Shown here piece by piece: positions 49,013-58,099 of a stretch of DNA of 64,000 bases. This stretch comes from an uncultured bacterium (GTDB lineage Bacteria; CSSED10-310; CALFER01), in assembly GCA_937951895.1 (NCBI GenBank), contig CALFER010000079.1, forward strand, positions 4,050-68,049. The letters are read 5' to 3'. The translations under genes were made by a program, and so were the position numbers. A model generated the notes under the pieces. It ran no database searches and was not told the origin of the DNA. It saw only the letters and a list, made by a program, of their open reading frames with translations. Each line of letters begins with the position of its first letter. Positions within the stretch are counted from its first letter, which is position 1.

Positions 49013-50163
49013 TGCCGCCCATTTATCTCGACTACAACGCTACCACACCGATCGAATCATCGGCGGCCGACGCCATGATCCGCTGCATCCGGACGGTCTT
49101 CGGCAACCCCTCCAGCTCGCATGAATTCGGTGACCAGGCCAGAGCGGAAATCGGTGCGGCGCGCGCTGAACTGGGACGGCTGATCGGCGCGTCCCCCCGC
49201 AGCATCATCTTCACGGGCTGCGCAACGGAAGCGAATAATCTCGCGATCCGAGGTCTGATTCCGGATTGCACGGCTCACGGCCGGCATATCATCACTTCCG
49301 CGATCGAACATCCCGCGGTTCTGGAAGTCTGCCGATACCTCGAACGCAGCGGCGCGGAACTGACGATCCTCCGGGTCGACGAAAGAGGGGTGATCGATCC
49401 GGATGATGTCCGCGCGGCGATTCGTCCCACGACACGCCTCATCACGATCATGCACGCGAACAACGAAACGGGTGTGATCCAGCCGATCGCCGAGATTGCC
49501 GGGATTGCAAGGGCACACGGGATTCCGATGCATACGGATGCCGCGCAGTCGGTCGGCAAGATTCCGGTCGACATGGAGTGTCTCGGGGTTGATCTGCTGA
49601 CGATTGCGGGGCATAAATTCGGAGCCCCGAAAGGTATCGGAGCGGTCGTGGTGCGCTCAGGATTGCCGCTCAACCGGATTCTGCACGGGGCGGGGCACGA
49701 GAACGGCCGGCGTCCCGGCACGGAAAACCTGGTCGGAATCGTCGGTCTGGGGGCCGCGAGTCGTTTCGCCCGCGAGCATCTCGGCGAAAACACGGCTCAC
49801 CTGCTCGCCATGCGGGATCAGCTCGAACAGATGATTCTCGGTGTCTGCCCCTCAGCCCGGGTCAACAGCGGTGGCGCTCCGAGACTGCCGAACACCTCGA
49901 ACATCGCGTTCCCCGGAATCGACGCGGACGATTTCATCCGGGAGACCTCCGCGATCGCCGTGTCGGCCGGAGCGGCATGCCACTCGGGAACCGTCACGCT
50001 GTCGCATGTGCTGAAAGCCATGGATGTCCCCATGCCACTCGCTCGGGGCTCGATTCGCTTCTCGACAGGTTTCCAGACAACCCCGAACGATATCCGGAAT
50101 GCCTGCATGTGCGTTTGTTCCGCGCTGAAACGGCTGGGCGTTCCGATCCGGGAGGATGAATGA
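49012..50163 (+). CDS. iscS: Cysteine desulfurase (IscS/NifS family)
   Basis: IYLDYNATTP, GNPSS.H, MHANNETG, HTDAAQSVGK, AGHKFGAPKG, SAGAACHS. Confidence 0.9.
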   Translation: MPPIYLDYNATTPIESSAADAMIRCIRTVFGNPSSSHEFGDQARAEIGAARAELGRLIGASPRSIIFTGCATEANNLAIRGLIPDCTAHGRHIITSAIEHPAVLEVCRYLERSGAELTILRVDERGVIDPDDVRAAIRPTTRLITIMHANNETGVIQPIAEIAGIARAHGIPMHTDAAQSVGKIPVDMECLGVDLLTIAGHKFGAPKGIGAVVVRSGLPLNRILHGAGHENGRRPGTENLVGIVGLGAASRFAREHLGENTAHLLAMRDQLEQMILGVCPSARVNSGGAPRLPNTSNIAFPGIDADDFIRETSAIAVSAGAACHSGTVTLSHVLKAMDVPMPLARGSIRFSTGFQTTPNDIRNACMCVCSALKRLGVPIREDE

Positions 50164-50945
50164 AAGCGACGACGTTCAACGCGAATTCGATCCGGATGCG
50201 ATTACCTCAGGTGCTGGAATGGCTCGATACGCATCGCCCTGATCTGCTCGCAATCCAGGAAACGAAAGTTCAGGACCATGAGTTTCCGAAGGCTGAATTC
50301 GAAGCGATTGGATATGCGTGCGCTTTCCGGGGCCAGAAGTCGTATAACGGGGTGGCGATCCTGAGTCTGGAGCCGCTGACGGACATCCGGTACGGGTTCG
50401 GTCCGGACGAATCCGAGAGCACCCGATTGCTTCGAGGCGTTTACCGGGGGGTGCATGTCATCAACACGTATGTACCGCAGGGCCGCGAGATCGATTCCGA
50501 GCATTATGCGGGTAAACTGGAGTGGCTGCGCCGGTTGCGGGGCATGTTTGATGCGGAGTTGACCAGTGACACACCGGCGCTCTGGATGGGCGATCTGAAC
50601 ATCGCGCCGGACCCCGAGGATGTCTATGCGCCGGAGGAACTGGAGGGGCATGTCTGCTTCAACCGGGAGTTGACGCGAGTTTTTCGTGAGGAGGTGTGCG
50701 CGTTCGGTTTCGAGGATCTCTTCAGACGGTTCAACCACGGGCCGGGACATTACACGTTTTTCGATTACCGGATTCCCGGTGCGGTCAGCCGGAAGATGGG
50801 GTGGCGGATCGATCATATTCTAGGGACACCGCCGATGGCCGCCCGGGCGATTGCGTCCCGGATCGACCTGGAACCGCGCAGGAGCAAACTCCACAAAACT
50901 TCGGATCACACGTTTTTGGTGGTCGATTTTGCCACTGGTGCCTGA
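50160..50945 (+). CDS. xth: Exodeoxyribonuclease III
   Basis: ATFNANSIR, LAIQETK, SYNGVAIL, MGDLNIA, WRIDH, SDH. Confidence 0.95.
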   Translation: MKATTFNANSIRMRLPQVLEWLDTHRPDLLAIQETKVQDHEFPKAEFEAIGYACAFRGQKSYNGVAILSLEPLTDIRYGFGPDESESTRLLRGVYRGVHVINTYVPQGREIDSEHYAGKLEWLRRLRGMFDAELTSDTPALWMGDLNIAPDPEDVYAPEELEGHVCFNRELTRVFREEVCAFGFEDLFRRFNHGPGHYTFFDYRIPGAVSRKMGWRIDHILGTPPMAARAIASRIDLEPRRSKLHKTSDHTFLVVDFATGA

Positions 50946-51436
50946 TGGCAGCCGATTCCAGCGACATCCGGATTGCGACGGCATCTGATCTGAGGTATTT
51001 CGTCGAGATTCTCTCGGAGGATCTCGATGCCGATGAACTGACCGATGCCCGCAACACGGTCACACGTGAATTTCTGGAAATCGGATCCAATCGGGACATT
51101 TATATTCTCTTTCAGGAAAGCGCGCCTCTGGCGGTCGTGCAGGTGATTCTGAATCATGCCGATGATGATCCCGATCTGGCGGATGGTCGAACGACGGCTC
51201 ACATTCATCACCTGCGCGTGCGAAAACAGCACCGGCGTCTCGGTATCGGCCGGCAATTGATGTCGGACATCGAGTCCCGTTATCGGGAACACGGATTCCG
51301 TCAACTCACGCTCGGCGTTGACAACTGGAATGATCCCGCGATCCGCTTCTACAACAGTCTCGGATACCGAGTTTTCAAGACGGAAGCCGGCCGGACTCCC
51401 GACGAGATCGTTTTTTACATGCGGAAAGAGCTTTGA
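50945..51436 (+). CDS. GNAT N-acetyltransferase
   Basis: ATG overlaps the xth stop; IHHLRVRKQHRRLGIG, AIRFYNSLGY. Confidence 0.88.
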   Translation: MAADSSDIRIATASDLRYFVEILSEDLDADELTDARNTVTREFLEIGSNRDIYILFQESAPLAVVQVILNHADDDPDLADGRTTAHIHHLRVRKQHRRLGIGRQLMSDIESRYREHGFRQLTLGVDNWNDPAIRFYNSLGYRVFKTEAGRTPDEIVFYMRKEL

Positions 51437-51445
51437 TTTTTCGCG

Positions 51446-52315
51446 TCACTTCTTGACGATCGGCACATAAATGTCCACTTCGGCTTTTTCGTCGTCGGTG
51501 AACCGCTCATCGTAATACTCGAAATCCTCCGTCCCTGCGCACTCGTATCCCGACTGAGGCAGCCAGACGCCGTAAATGAACGTGAACGTCTCGGGGATGC
51601 TCTTCTGCACCACCCCTTTCGCTGTGAATACGGCATACGTCGTCTCCGGAATCGTGCGCCCCGTCAACCCCTCCGGCACATCCGTGTCCGGCGTCACTTC
51701 CTGCGCGATCATGTAGGTGAATTCGCCGTCTTCGTTACAGTCGAAACACATGCCGTAACAGGCGTTGCCGATCCGGTTCGGAATCCGCTCCAGCGTTCCC
51801 TGACTCATGACCGTGCACCAGAACGCGGGAATTTCGCCCCCCGGCCCCATCTTGCCGTTCGTCCGGATGCTCACCCCGATGACCTTGAATGCCGGTCGCT
51901 TCACGATTTTCGGTTCCATGCGTAGTCCTCCCTGAATGAATCCCGCGTGATGCGGCTCGAACCGGATCGCGGGAAAGATGTCGAATGCGGGGCGTGCGTT
52001 TCGGAACTTCGCCGGAGTCACCCCGAACATCCGTTTGAATGCGCGTGTGAAGGAATAATGCGCGTCGTAGCCCGATTCGAGCGCGATGTCGAGCACACTT
52101 TTTCGCGTGGTGAGGAGTGTGCAGGCTGCGATCGTGAGACGCCGTTTGCGGATGTAGTCCATCACCGAGTAGCCGGTGAGTGCCGAGAATATCCGGTGGA
52201 AGTACCACAGGGACAGACAGGATCGGCGGGCGGCGTCCGAAACCGAAACGTCTTCCGTGAGATGCGATTCGATATACCGGACCGCCAGTTCGATCCGCTC
52301 GTGCAGGTCCGACAT
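51446..52315 (-). CDS. AraC-family regulator with GyrI-like effector-binding domain
   Basis: AVRYIESHL, YIRKRRL, FTRAFKRMFGVTPAKFR; C-terminal IPETTYAVF, WLPQSGY, FEYYDERF. Confidence 0.92.
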   Translation of the reverse strand: MSDLHERIELAVRYIESHLTEDVSVSDAARRSCLSLWYFHRIFSALTGYSVMDYIRKRRLTIAACTLLTTRKSVLDIALESGYDAHYSFTRAFKRMFGVTPAKFRNARPAFDIFPAIRFEPHHAGFIQGGLRMEPKIVKRPAFKVIGVSIRTNGKMGPGGEIPAFWCTVMSQGTLERIPNRIGNACYGMCFDCNEDGEFTYMIAQEVTPDTDVPEGLTGRTIPETTYAVFTAKGVVQKSIPETFTFIYGVWLPQSGYECAGTEDFEYYDERFTDDEKAEVDIYVPIVKK

Positions 52316-52478
52316 GCGCTTCCTCCTGTGCCTGAACCGTTACTTATATCAGCCTGCCCATGAATTCTCCACATTCCGTGCGATTCTTGTGCGGCCCCCG
52401 GATTTGCTTTTTTTCTCACCCCGTGGCACCCTTCCCGGCATCGTTCGGCGTCGCGGCATGCATCCCCGGAGTCACCCC

Positions 52479-53345
52479 ATGGGCTATCTCGTTCTGGTCT
52501 CCACAATCTGGGCGTTCTCGTTCGGCCTGATCAAGTCGTATCTGCCAGGTATCGACCCCTCGTTTGTCTCTTTTGTTCGCATGAGTCTTTCATGGATCGT
52601 CTTCATTCCCCTCATCCGCATCCGGAGACTTTCGATCCGCACTTGTCTGGAACTGTCGGCGATCGGAGCGCTTCAGTTCGGTCTGATGTATGTCGCCTAT
52701 ATCGCATCCTTCCAGTATCTGGCCGCCTATCAGGTCGCGCTGTTCACCATTTTCACGCCGATCTACATCGCGCTGATGCATGACGCACTCAAACGGACAT
52801 TCCACTGGCGTTATCTCGGAGCGGCTCTCTGCGCGATCCTGGCCGCCGCGCTGGTGGTTCGATCCGGTCCGGAGCGCTCGATCGACCTGACGGGATTCGC
52901 GCTGGTCCAACTGTCGAATCTCGGGTTCGCCGCCGGCCAGATCTGGTACGGATCGCTCCGGGTGAGGCGGCGGGAGGTTCGCGATCGGGATGTGTTTGCC
53001 TTGTTGTACAGCGGGGCGGCGCTGGTGACGCTGGCGGCCTGGTTACTCGGTCCGAGTCCGTCGATTCCCGAACTGACGACGGTTCAGTGGTCCGTCCTGG
53101 GATATCTCGGAGTGATCGCCTCGGGATTCTGTTTTTTTCTGTGGAATGTCGGCATGCAACGGGTCAATGCGGGGACTCTGGCGGTGATGAACAATCTGAA
53201 AATCCCTCTGGCGGTGCTCGTGTCGGTCTGCATTTTCGCCGAACCGGCATCGCTGACACGCCTCTTTTCCAGTCTCTTCCTCCTCCTCCTTGCCCTCCAT
53301 CTCACCATGCGACACACACCGGCCCCCTCCCCGTCCCCCCGATAA
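52479..53345 (+). CDS. DMT/EamA family transporter, YigM-like
   Basis: IWAFSFGL, FTIFTPIYI, LVQLSN, WNVG...NAGTLAVMNN; closely recalls E. coli YigM; about 10 TM segments. Confidence 0.85.
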   Translation: MGYLVLVSTIWAFSFGLIKSYLPGIDPSFVSFVRMSLSWIVFIPLIRIRRLSIRTCLELSAIGALQFGLMYVAYIASFQYLAAYQVALFTIFTPIYIALMHDALKRTFHWRYLGAALCAILAAALVVRSGPERSIDLTGFALVQLSNLGFAAGQIWYGSLRVRRREVRDRDVFALLYSGAALVTLAAWLLGPSPSIPELTTVQWSVLGYLGVIASGFCFFLWNVGMQRVNAGTLAVMNNLKIPLAVLVSVCIFAEPASLTRLFSSLFLLLLALHLTMRHTPAPSPSPR

Positions 53346-53560
53346 AATCTGCTATCGAGTTAAGTAAGGTGTCCCTTTAATTCCTCCAATCGGCGAAAAT
53401 CAACGGAATGGGTGGATTCAGTATGGTGTCCCTCTATTTCGTCTGGCATCACCGGACTATCTCGGCTATAGTGTTATGAGCGAGTCTGAGGTGGAACTGT
53501 CTGTGGATGCCGGTCGGCATCGCCCGAGGACTCGAAACGGATTTTTTATTGGAGGTTATC

Positions 53561-54742
53561 ATGGCATTTGAGAATTTACTGGCGACACGAACCAAAAACA
53601 TGGGTGCGAGCGCAATCCGGGAGATTCTCAAAGTCGTCTCACAACCCGGCATGATTTCTCTGGCCGGAGGCATCCCGGCTCCCGAAAGTTTCCCCATGGA
53701 GATCATCTCCGACATCACGAAAGACGTGATCGCGAAATACTCCAGCAAGGCATTCCAGTACGATCTGACGGAAGGCTTCATTCCCCTCCGCGAAGCCCTC
53801 GTGCCACTGCTCGCGTCCAAAGGCATTCATGCCTCCCCCTCCGAAATTCTCATCGGGAGCGGCTCCCAGGGCGTGCTCGACGCCATCGGCAAGATCCTCA
53901 TCACTCGCGGTGACAAGATCGCCGTCGAAGCCCCGACGTATCTCGGCGCCATCCAGGCTTTCAATCCGTATGAACCGGAATACATCCGGATGGATATGGA
54001 TGACAATGGTCTGATCCCGGAATCCCTCGAAGAGATTCTCAAGCACCACGACATCAAGTTCATCTATCTGGTACCCACCTTCCAGAACCCGACCGGCCGC
54101 ACGATCCCGCTCGACCGGCGCAAACGGATCGCCGAACTGATTCAACAGCACAACGCGCTCCTGATCGAAGACGACCCCTACAGTTCTCTGCGGTACAAAG
54201 GCTCGGAAATCCCCTCGATCAAAACACTCGCACCCGACCACGTCGTGTATCTCGGCACGCTCTCCAAAGTGCTCGCACCCGGTCTCCGGATCGGCTTCCA
54301 TGTCGCCCCCGAACTGATCCGGAAATGGCTTGTGCTGGTCAAGCAGGGCGTCGATCTCCATACGAGCACCTTCAATCAGGCGATCGCCGCGGAATACCTC
54401 TCCAACGGGCATCTCGAACGCCACCTCCCCAAAATCATCACGCTTTACAAGCCGAAACAGCAGGCCATGCTCGATGCGATGGACGAATTCTTCCCCGATA
54501 CGGTCAAATGGACACGGCCGGAAGGCGGCATGTTCGTCTGGGCGGAAGGTCCCACGGGAGCGAACATGGAGAAGCTCTATCCGAAGGCGGTCGAGCGAAA
54601 AGCGGCATTTGTTCCGGGCAAATTTTTCTACACGTATCCCGGAGAAGGACTCGCGACCATGCGGCTCAATTTCACCATGCCGAGCGCCGAGAATATCCGC
54701 AAGGCGATTCAGGTGATCGGAGATGTGATCCGGAGCGCCTGA
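53561..54742 (+). CDS. PLP-dependent class I aminotransferase (LysN/Aro8-like)
   Basis: GGAGG RBS; SAIREILK, ISLAGGIP, PTFQNPTG, EDDPY, TLSKVLAPGLRIG. Confidence 0.92.
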   Translation: MAFENLLATRTKNMGASAIREILKVVSQPGMISLAGGIPAPESFPMEIISDITKDVIAKYSSKAFQYDLTEGFIPLREALVPLLASKGIHASPSEILIGSGSQGVLDAIGKILITRGDKIAVEAPTYLGAIQAFNPYEPEYIRMDMDDNGLIPESLEEILKHHDIKFIYLVPTFQNPTGRTIPLDRRKRIAELIQQHNALLIEDDPYSSLRYKGSEIPSIKTLAPDHVVYLGTLSKVLAPGLRIGFHVAPELIRKWLVLVKQGVDLHTSTFNQAIAAEYLSNGHLERHLPKIITLYKPKQQAMLDAMDEFFPDTVKWTRPEGGMFVWAEGPTGANMEKLYPKAVERKAAFVPGKFFYTYPGEGLATMRLNFTMPSAENIRKAIQVIGDVIRSA

Positions 54743-54762
54743 GACTGTCTTTTTTCAGGTTT

Positions 54763-55152
54763 TCAATCCGAGCGGTCGATCAGGTTTCGCACCAGTTCCA
54801 GCAATTCAGGGATCGGGACGGGTTTCCCGAGAAATGCCGATGCGCCGAGTTGCGTGCAGGTCTGCTCAGTTGCCGGGCTTCCGAATCCCGTAAACACGAC
54901 GATCGGCACGCAATAGCGCATCCGGTTCAATTCCCTGAGCACGTCGATGCCGGAAAAACCGGGCATGTTCAGGTCCAGCAGCAACAGCGAATACGCGGTG
55001 GTCCGGATCTTCTCGATCGCCGCACTCCCCTCCCCGGTCGAGTCCACCCGATACCCGTTCAGTTCCAGAATCATCGACAGCGATTCGCGGATCATCTCTT
55101 CATCATCGATGATCAGTATCCGTTTCGGCTGTTCTGACGCTGTCCCGGTCAT
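54763..55152 (-). CDS. Single-domain response regulator (CheY-like)
   Basis: ILIIDDE, LLLLDLNMPG, VFTG, GKP all intact. Confidence 0.9.
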   Translation of the reverse strand: MTGTASEQPKRILIIDDEEMIRESLSMILELNGYRVDSTGEGSAAIEKIRTTAYSLLLLDLNMPGFSGIDVLRELNRMRYCVPIVVFTGFGSPATEQTCTQLGASAFLGKPVPIPELLELVRNLIDRSD

Positions 55153-56183
55153 TCGCCCTTTCCCAGAGGAAGACGGATTCTGAGTTCCGATCCTCCGGAC
55201 GAATGAGCGCTGACGGTCAGTGCGCCTCCGAGATTTCCGACGAGGCCATGCGAGATGGACAGGTCGATTTCCTGCTGCGATTCGGGAGCAGGATGCGTCG
55301 TTCGGATCGGGTGCGGGTCTTCCATTGATTCCTCGCAACCGCTTCTAAACGAGAATATCAGATCGTCCGTGTCCACTTCCACTCGAATCTCAAAGACCCC
55401 GCCCGCCGGCATCACCCGGACAACAAACAAAGTCAGGTTCAGAAACACCTGCCGGAGATGCTCGACGGAGGCATGCAGCGTCGGAAGCGATTCCGGTATC
55501 CGGACGATCAGGTCGATGCCGCGGGAGATCATCCAGGGGATGACCAGATCCCGGTAATCATGGATGAAGGCCCGGACGTCGATCGCATCCTGAGGCAGGA
55601 TCGGCTGAAGGGCCATACCGGTCAGCGATCGGACGATCCCGGCAATCCGGACCCATTCGCGTCGGATGATTCCAAGACGCTCGATTGTCAGTGGATCAGC
55701 CGTCCCGGACTCGATCAGATAGACATAATTCTTGATGATTTCAAGCGGATTGTTGATCTCGTGGGCCGTCTGCGACGCCAGTGCCATACGGGTCGCTGCC
55801 GTTTCGAGATGCCGGATCTGGTTCTGCAGATTCCGGATCGTCCGCAGATCGCGTGAAATCCCGACGGTTCCGATCATGACTCCCTCTTCGTCCCGGACCT
55901 CGGCCACCGACAGACTGATTGGAATCAGCTCGCTGCTCCGATTCCGGATGGTGGTCTCGACTCCGATGCATTTCCCCTCGGCTTCGACCTGTTTCCAGAT
56001 TCGTCCGAAATCATCGGCATTGGGATACAGCTCGACCATCGGAATCATCCGGATTTCCTCGATCGAATATCCCGTGAGAATCTCGGCGGCGCGATTGAAC
56101 AGCACGATCCGCCCGGACTGATCGATGTAGGTGATCGCATCCGGCGACGCATCATAGATGCTCTTCAGGAGCGCCCACTCCAT
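55149..56183 (-). CDS. PAS-domain histidine-kinase-like protein with degenerate ATP-binding domain
   Basis: GGGGAGG RBS before ATG 56183; PAS (FNRAAEILTGY), H-box AHEINNPL; G1 and G2 boxes absent. Confidence 0.8.
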   Translation of the reverse strand: MEWALLKSIYDASPDAITYIDQSGRIVLFNRAAEILTGYSIEEIRMIPMVELYPNADDFGRIWKQVEAEGKCIGVETTIRNRSSELIPISLSVAEVRDEEGVMIGTVGISRDLRTIRNLQNQIRHLETAATRMALASQTAHEINNPLEIIKNYVYLIESGTADPLTIERLGIIRREWVRIAGIVRSLTGMALQPILPQDAIDVRAFIHDYRDLVIPWMISRGIDLIVRIPESLPTLHASVEHLRQVFLNLTLFVVRVMPAGGVFEIRVEVDTDDLIFSFRSGCEESMEDPHPIRTTHPAPESQQEIDLSISHGLVGNLGGALTVSAHSSGGSELRIRLPLGKGE

Positions 56184-56265
56184 GAAACGGACCTCCCCGC
56201 GATTGCCTCGTGTCTGTGTCTCTTTCATTAGTCTGCCAGATCGATCGTGTTCCCGCAAGCGGTTC

Positions 56266-57045
56266 TCACAGTTGCCCCAGAAAAGACTTGACACACGCAT
56301 CGAATGCGAGGGGTTGATCGATGAACGGCCAGTGTGTCGACGGCGAAAGAATGCTGTGCGGCACTCCGGCGCTCTCGAGTAACGCAATCGAGCGATCCGT
56401 GGCGCCACCCGGTTTTCCCGCGATGTAATGAACCGGCACCGTGAGTGCCGCCATGCGTTCCGCGAGCATTTCCGGTTTCGATGCTTCCACGAGATCATAG
56501 CTGTTGCGGCGGAACTGCATCGGATCGGCGAATCGCATGCTGGCGAAGTATCCCGCCAGCGCCGGACTTTCCAGCCCCTTCTTCAGGACTCTCTGCTGTA
56601 TGCCCTCGAATCCTCGTGTTGCGAAATCCGGCCCGTCGTTCGAAACAACCTGTCCGCTGAAGGCGCAATCCCCGATCGAGATATTCCCTTCGACGTTGAT
56701 GAATCCTTTCACTCGCCGCGGGTACTTTTCACAGATGATCTGCCCGAGCACTCCTCCCATGGAATGACCGATCAGGACGACGGGATCCGGGGTGACGGAT
56801 CCGAGCCAGCGATCGAGCAAATCCGCGCAGTCATCGAGACTCAGGGGGGGGTTCGGCCAGGGACTGCGACCGTATCCCGGAAGATCCGGTGCGATCTGAC
56901 GGATCGGCAGGTGCGTTAACCGTTCCATTGTGTTCTGGAAACAGAGACTCGATTCGCCGAGTCCGTGAAGGTATAAAACGACCGGATTGCTGGCCTCCGA
57001 AGCGACTTCGCGCACCATCAGGCCATCGATATATGCATGTTTCAT
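56266..57045 (-). CDS. Alpha/beta hydrolase
   Basis: GGGAGG RBS; LYLHGLG, PDLPGYGRS, GHSMGG nucleophile elbow, HWPF. Confidence 0.88.
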   Translation of the reverse strand: MKHAYIDGLMVREVASEASNPVVLYLHGLGESSLCFQNTMERLTHLPIRQIAPDLPGYGRSPWPNPPLSLDDCADLLDRWLGSVTPDPVVLIGHSMGGVLGQIICEKYPRRVKGFINVEGNISIGDCAFSGQVVSNDGPDFATRGFEGIQQRVLKKGLESPALAGYFASMRFADPMQFRRNSYDLVEASKPEMLAERMAALTVPVHYIAGKPGGATDRSIALLESAGVPHSILSPSTHWPFIDQPLAFDACVKSFLGQL

Positions 57046-57169
57046 GGACGATCCTCCCGGATCCGGTTCATATCGCAATTTGATGCGGGATGCCAGTGAC
57101 AACAGAACCGCCAGGATTTCTGAATGAACGCCGGATGTGGTATAGTCACAGAAGCAGGAGGGGGGAATC

Positions 57170-58099
57170 ATGGCTCTGTTCCGATTCATGCTCATCGTCA
57201 GTCTGTCTCTGGGCGCGGCAGGCGCAACCGCCGCGGAAACACTCGGGCCGGTCGCCCGGTTGCTGACTTTGCCCGATGCATCCACTCCGCGATTCAGTCC
57301 CGACGGAACCGCGATCGCGTTCACGCTCTACGGCGACAGCGGCATCCGGTTGCTCGAAAACGGCACGACCCGGACGCTGACCGATGCGCCGTTTTCCGGA
57401 TGGCGGTTCGTCTGGGCTCCGGACAGCCGCTCGATCGTGTTCCGGACACGGAGCGACGACCAGTTCCGCCTCTACCGCGTCAGTATTTCGGGCGATATCG
57501 AGCCGCTCGGTCCACCCGCTGCGACGATTTCCACACCGGCGTTCTCCGGTCGCGTCGCGCAAGCGCTCGTGAGCGGCACAGCGTCGCCCATGACGATCAT
57601 CGAAGATACCTCCCACCGGGGACCCCTGTCATTCACGGCAGCGATCGACGGGATCGTGTATATCTGGACCGGAAACGCCCGACGCGCGCTGACGGACGGG
57701 ACGGAAACCTGCTTTGAACCGCTGCGGTCGCCGGACGGTCGCTGGATTCTCTATCAGAGTCTCACATCCGGACTGCATCTGGTTTCGGCGGACGGCACGC
57801 AACGCAACGCGATCGGGCCGGGCAGCGATCCTTCGTGGTCACCTGATTCGAGATCCGTTCTGTTCAGTAAAACAGACGATGACGGTCACCGGATCACCGC
57901 ATCGGATCTGTTCATCATTTCGATCGAACCATACGCACAAGCCATCCGGTTAACGAACACTCCGGATCGGATAGAACGACATCCCGACTGTTCGCCCGAC
58001 ATGCAGTCGATCGTCTTCGACTCGCAGGACGGCCTCGAACGCATGCGTCTCGACTTGAGGACGCTCATTCCGGCCACGGGCGGGGAGATCCGGCCATGA
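57170..58099 (+). CDS. Exported TolB-like (PD40) beta-propeller protein
   Basis: Signal peptide; FSPDG, WAPDS, SPDG, WSPDS, CSPD repeats. Confidence 0.82.
   Translation: MALFRFMLIVSLSLGAAGATAAETLGPVARLLTLPDASTPRFSPDGTAIAFTLYGDSGIRLLENGTTRTLTDAPFSGWRFVWAPDSRSIVFRTRSDDQFRLYRVSISGDIEPLGPPAATISTPAFSGRVAQALVSGTASPMTIIEDTSHRGPLSFTAAIDGIVYIWTGNARRALTDGTETCFEPLRSPDGRWILYQSLTSGLHLVSADGTQRNAIGPGSDPSWSPDSRSVLFSKTDDDGHRITASDLFIISIEPYAQAIRLTNTPDRIERHPDCSPDMQSIVFDSQDGLERMRLDLRTLIPATGGEIRP

Noticed and set aside
595-56498. Upstream-extended starts in the ORF track (e.g. 595, 5337, 11200, 19448, 20208, 27499, 41585, 47870, 50696, 52176, 56498)
   Set aside because: The extensions overlap neighbouring genes or lack an RBS; downstream ATG/GTG codons have SD motifs or stop-start overlaps and begin at the domain or signal-peptide boundary.
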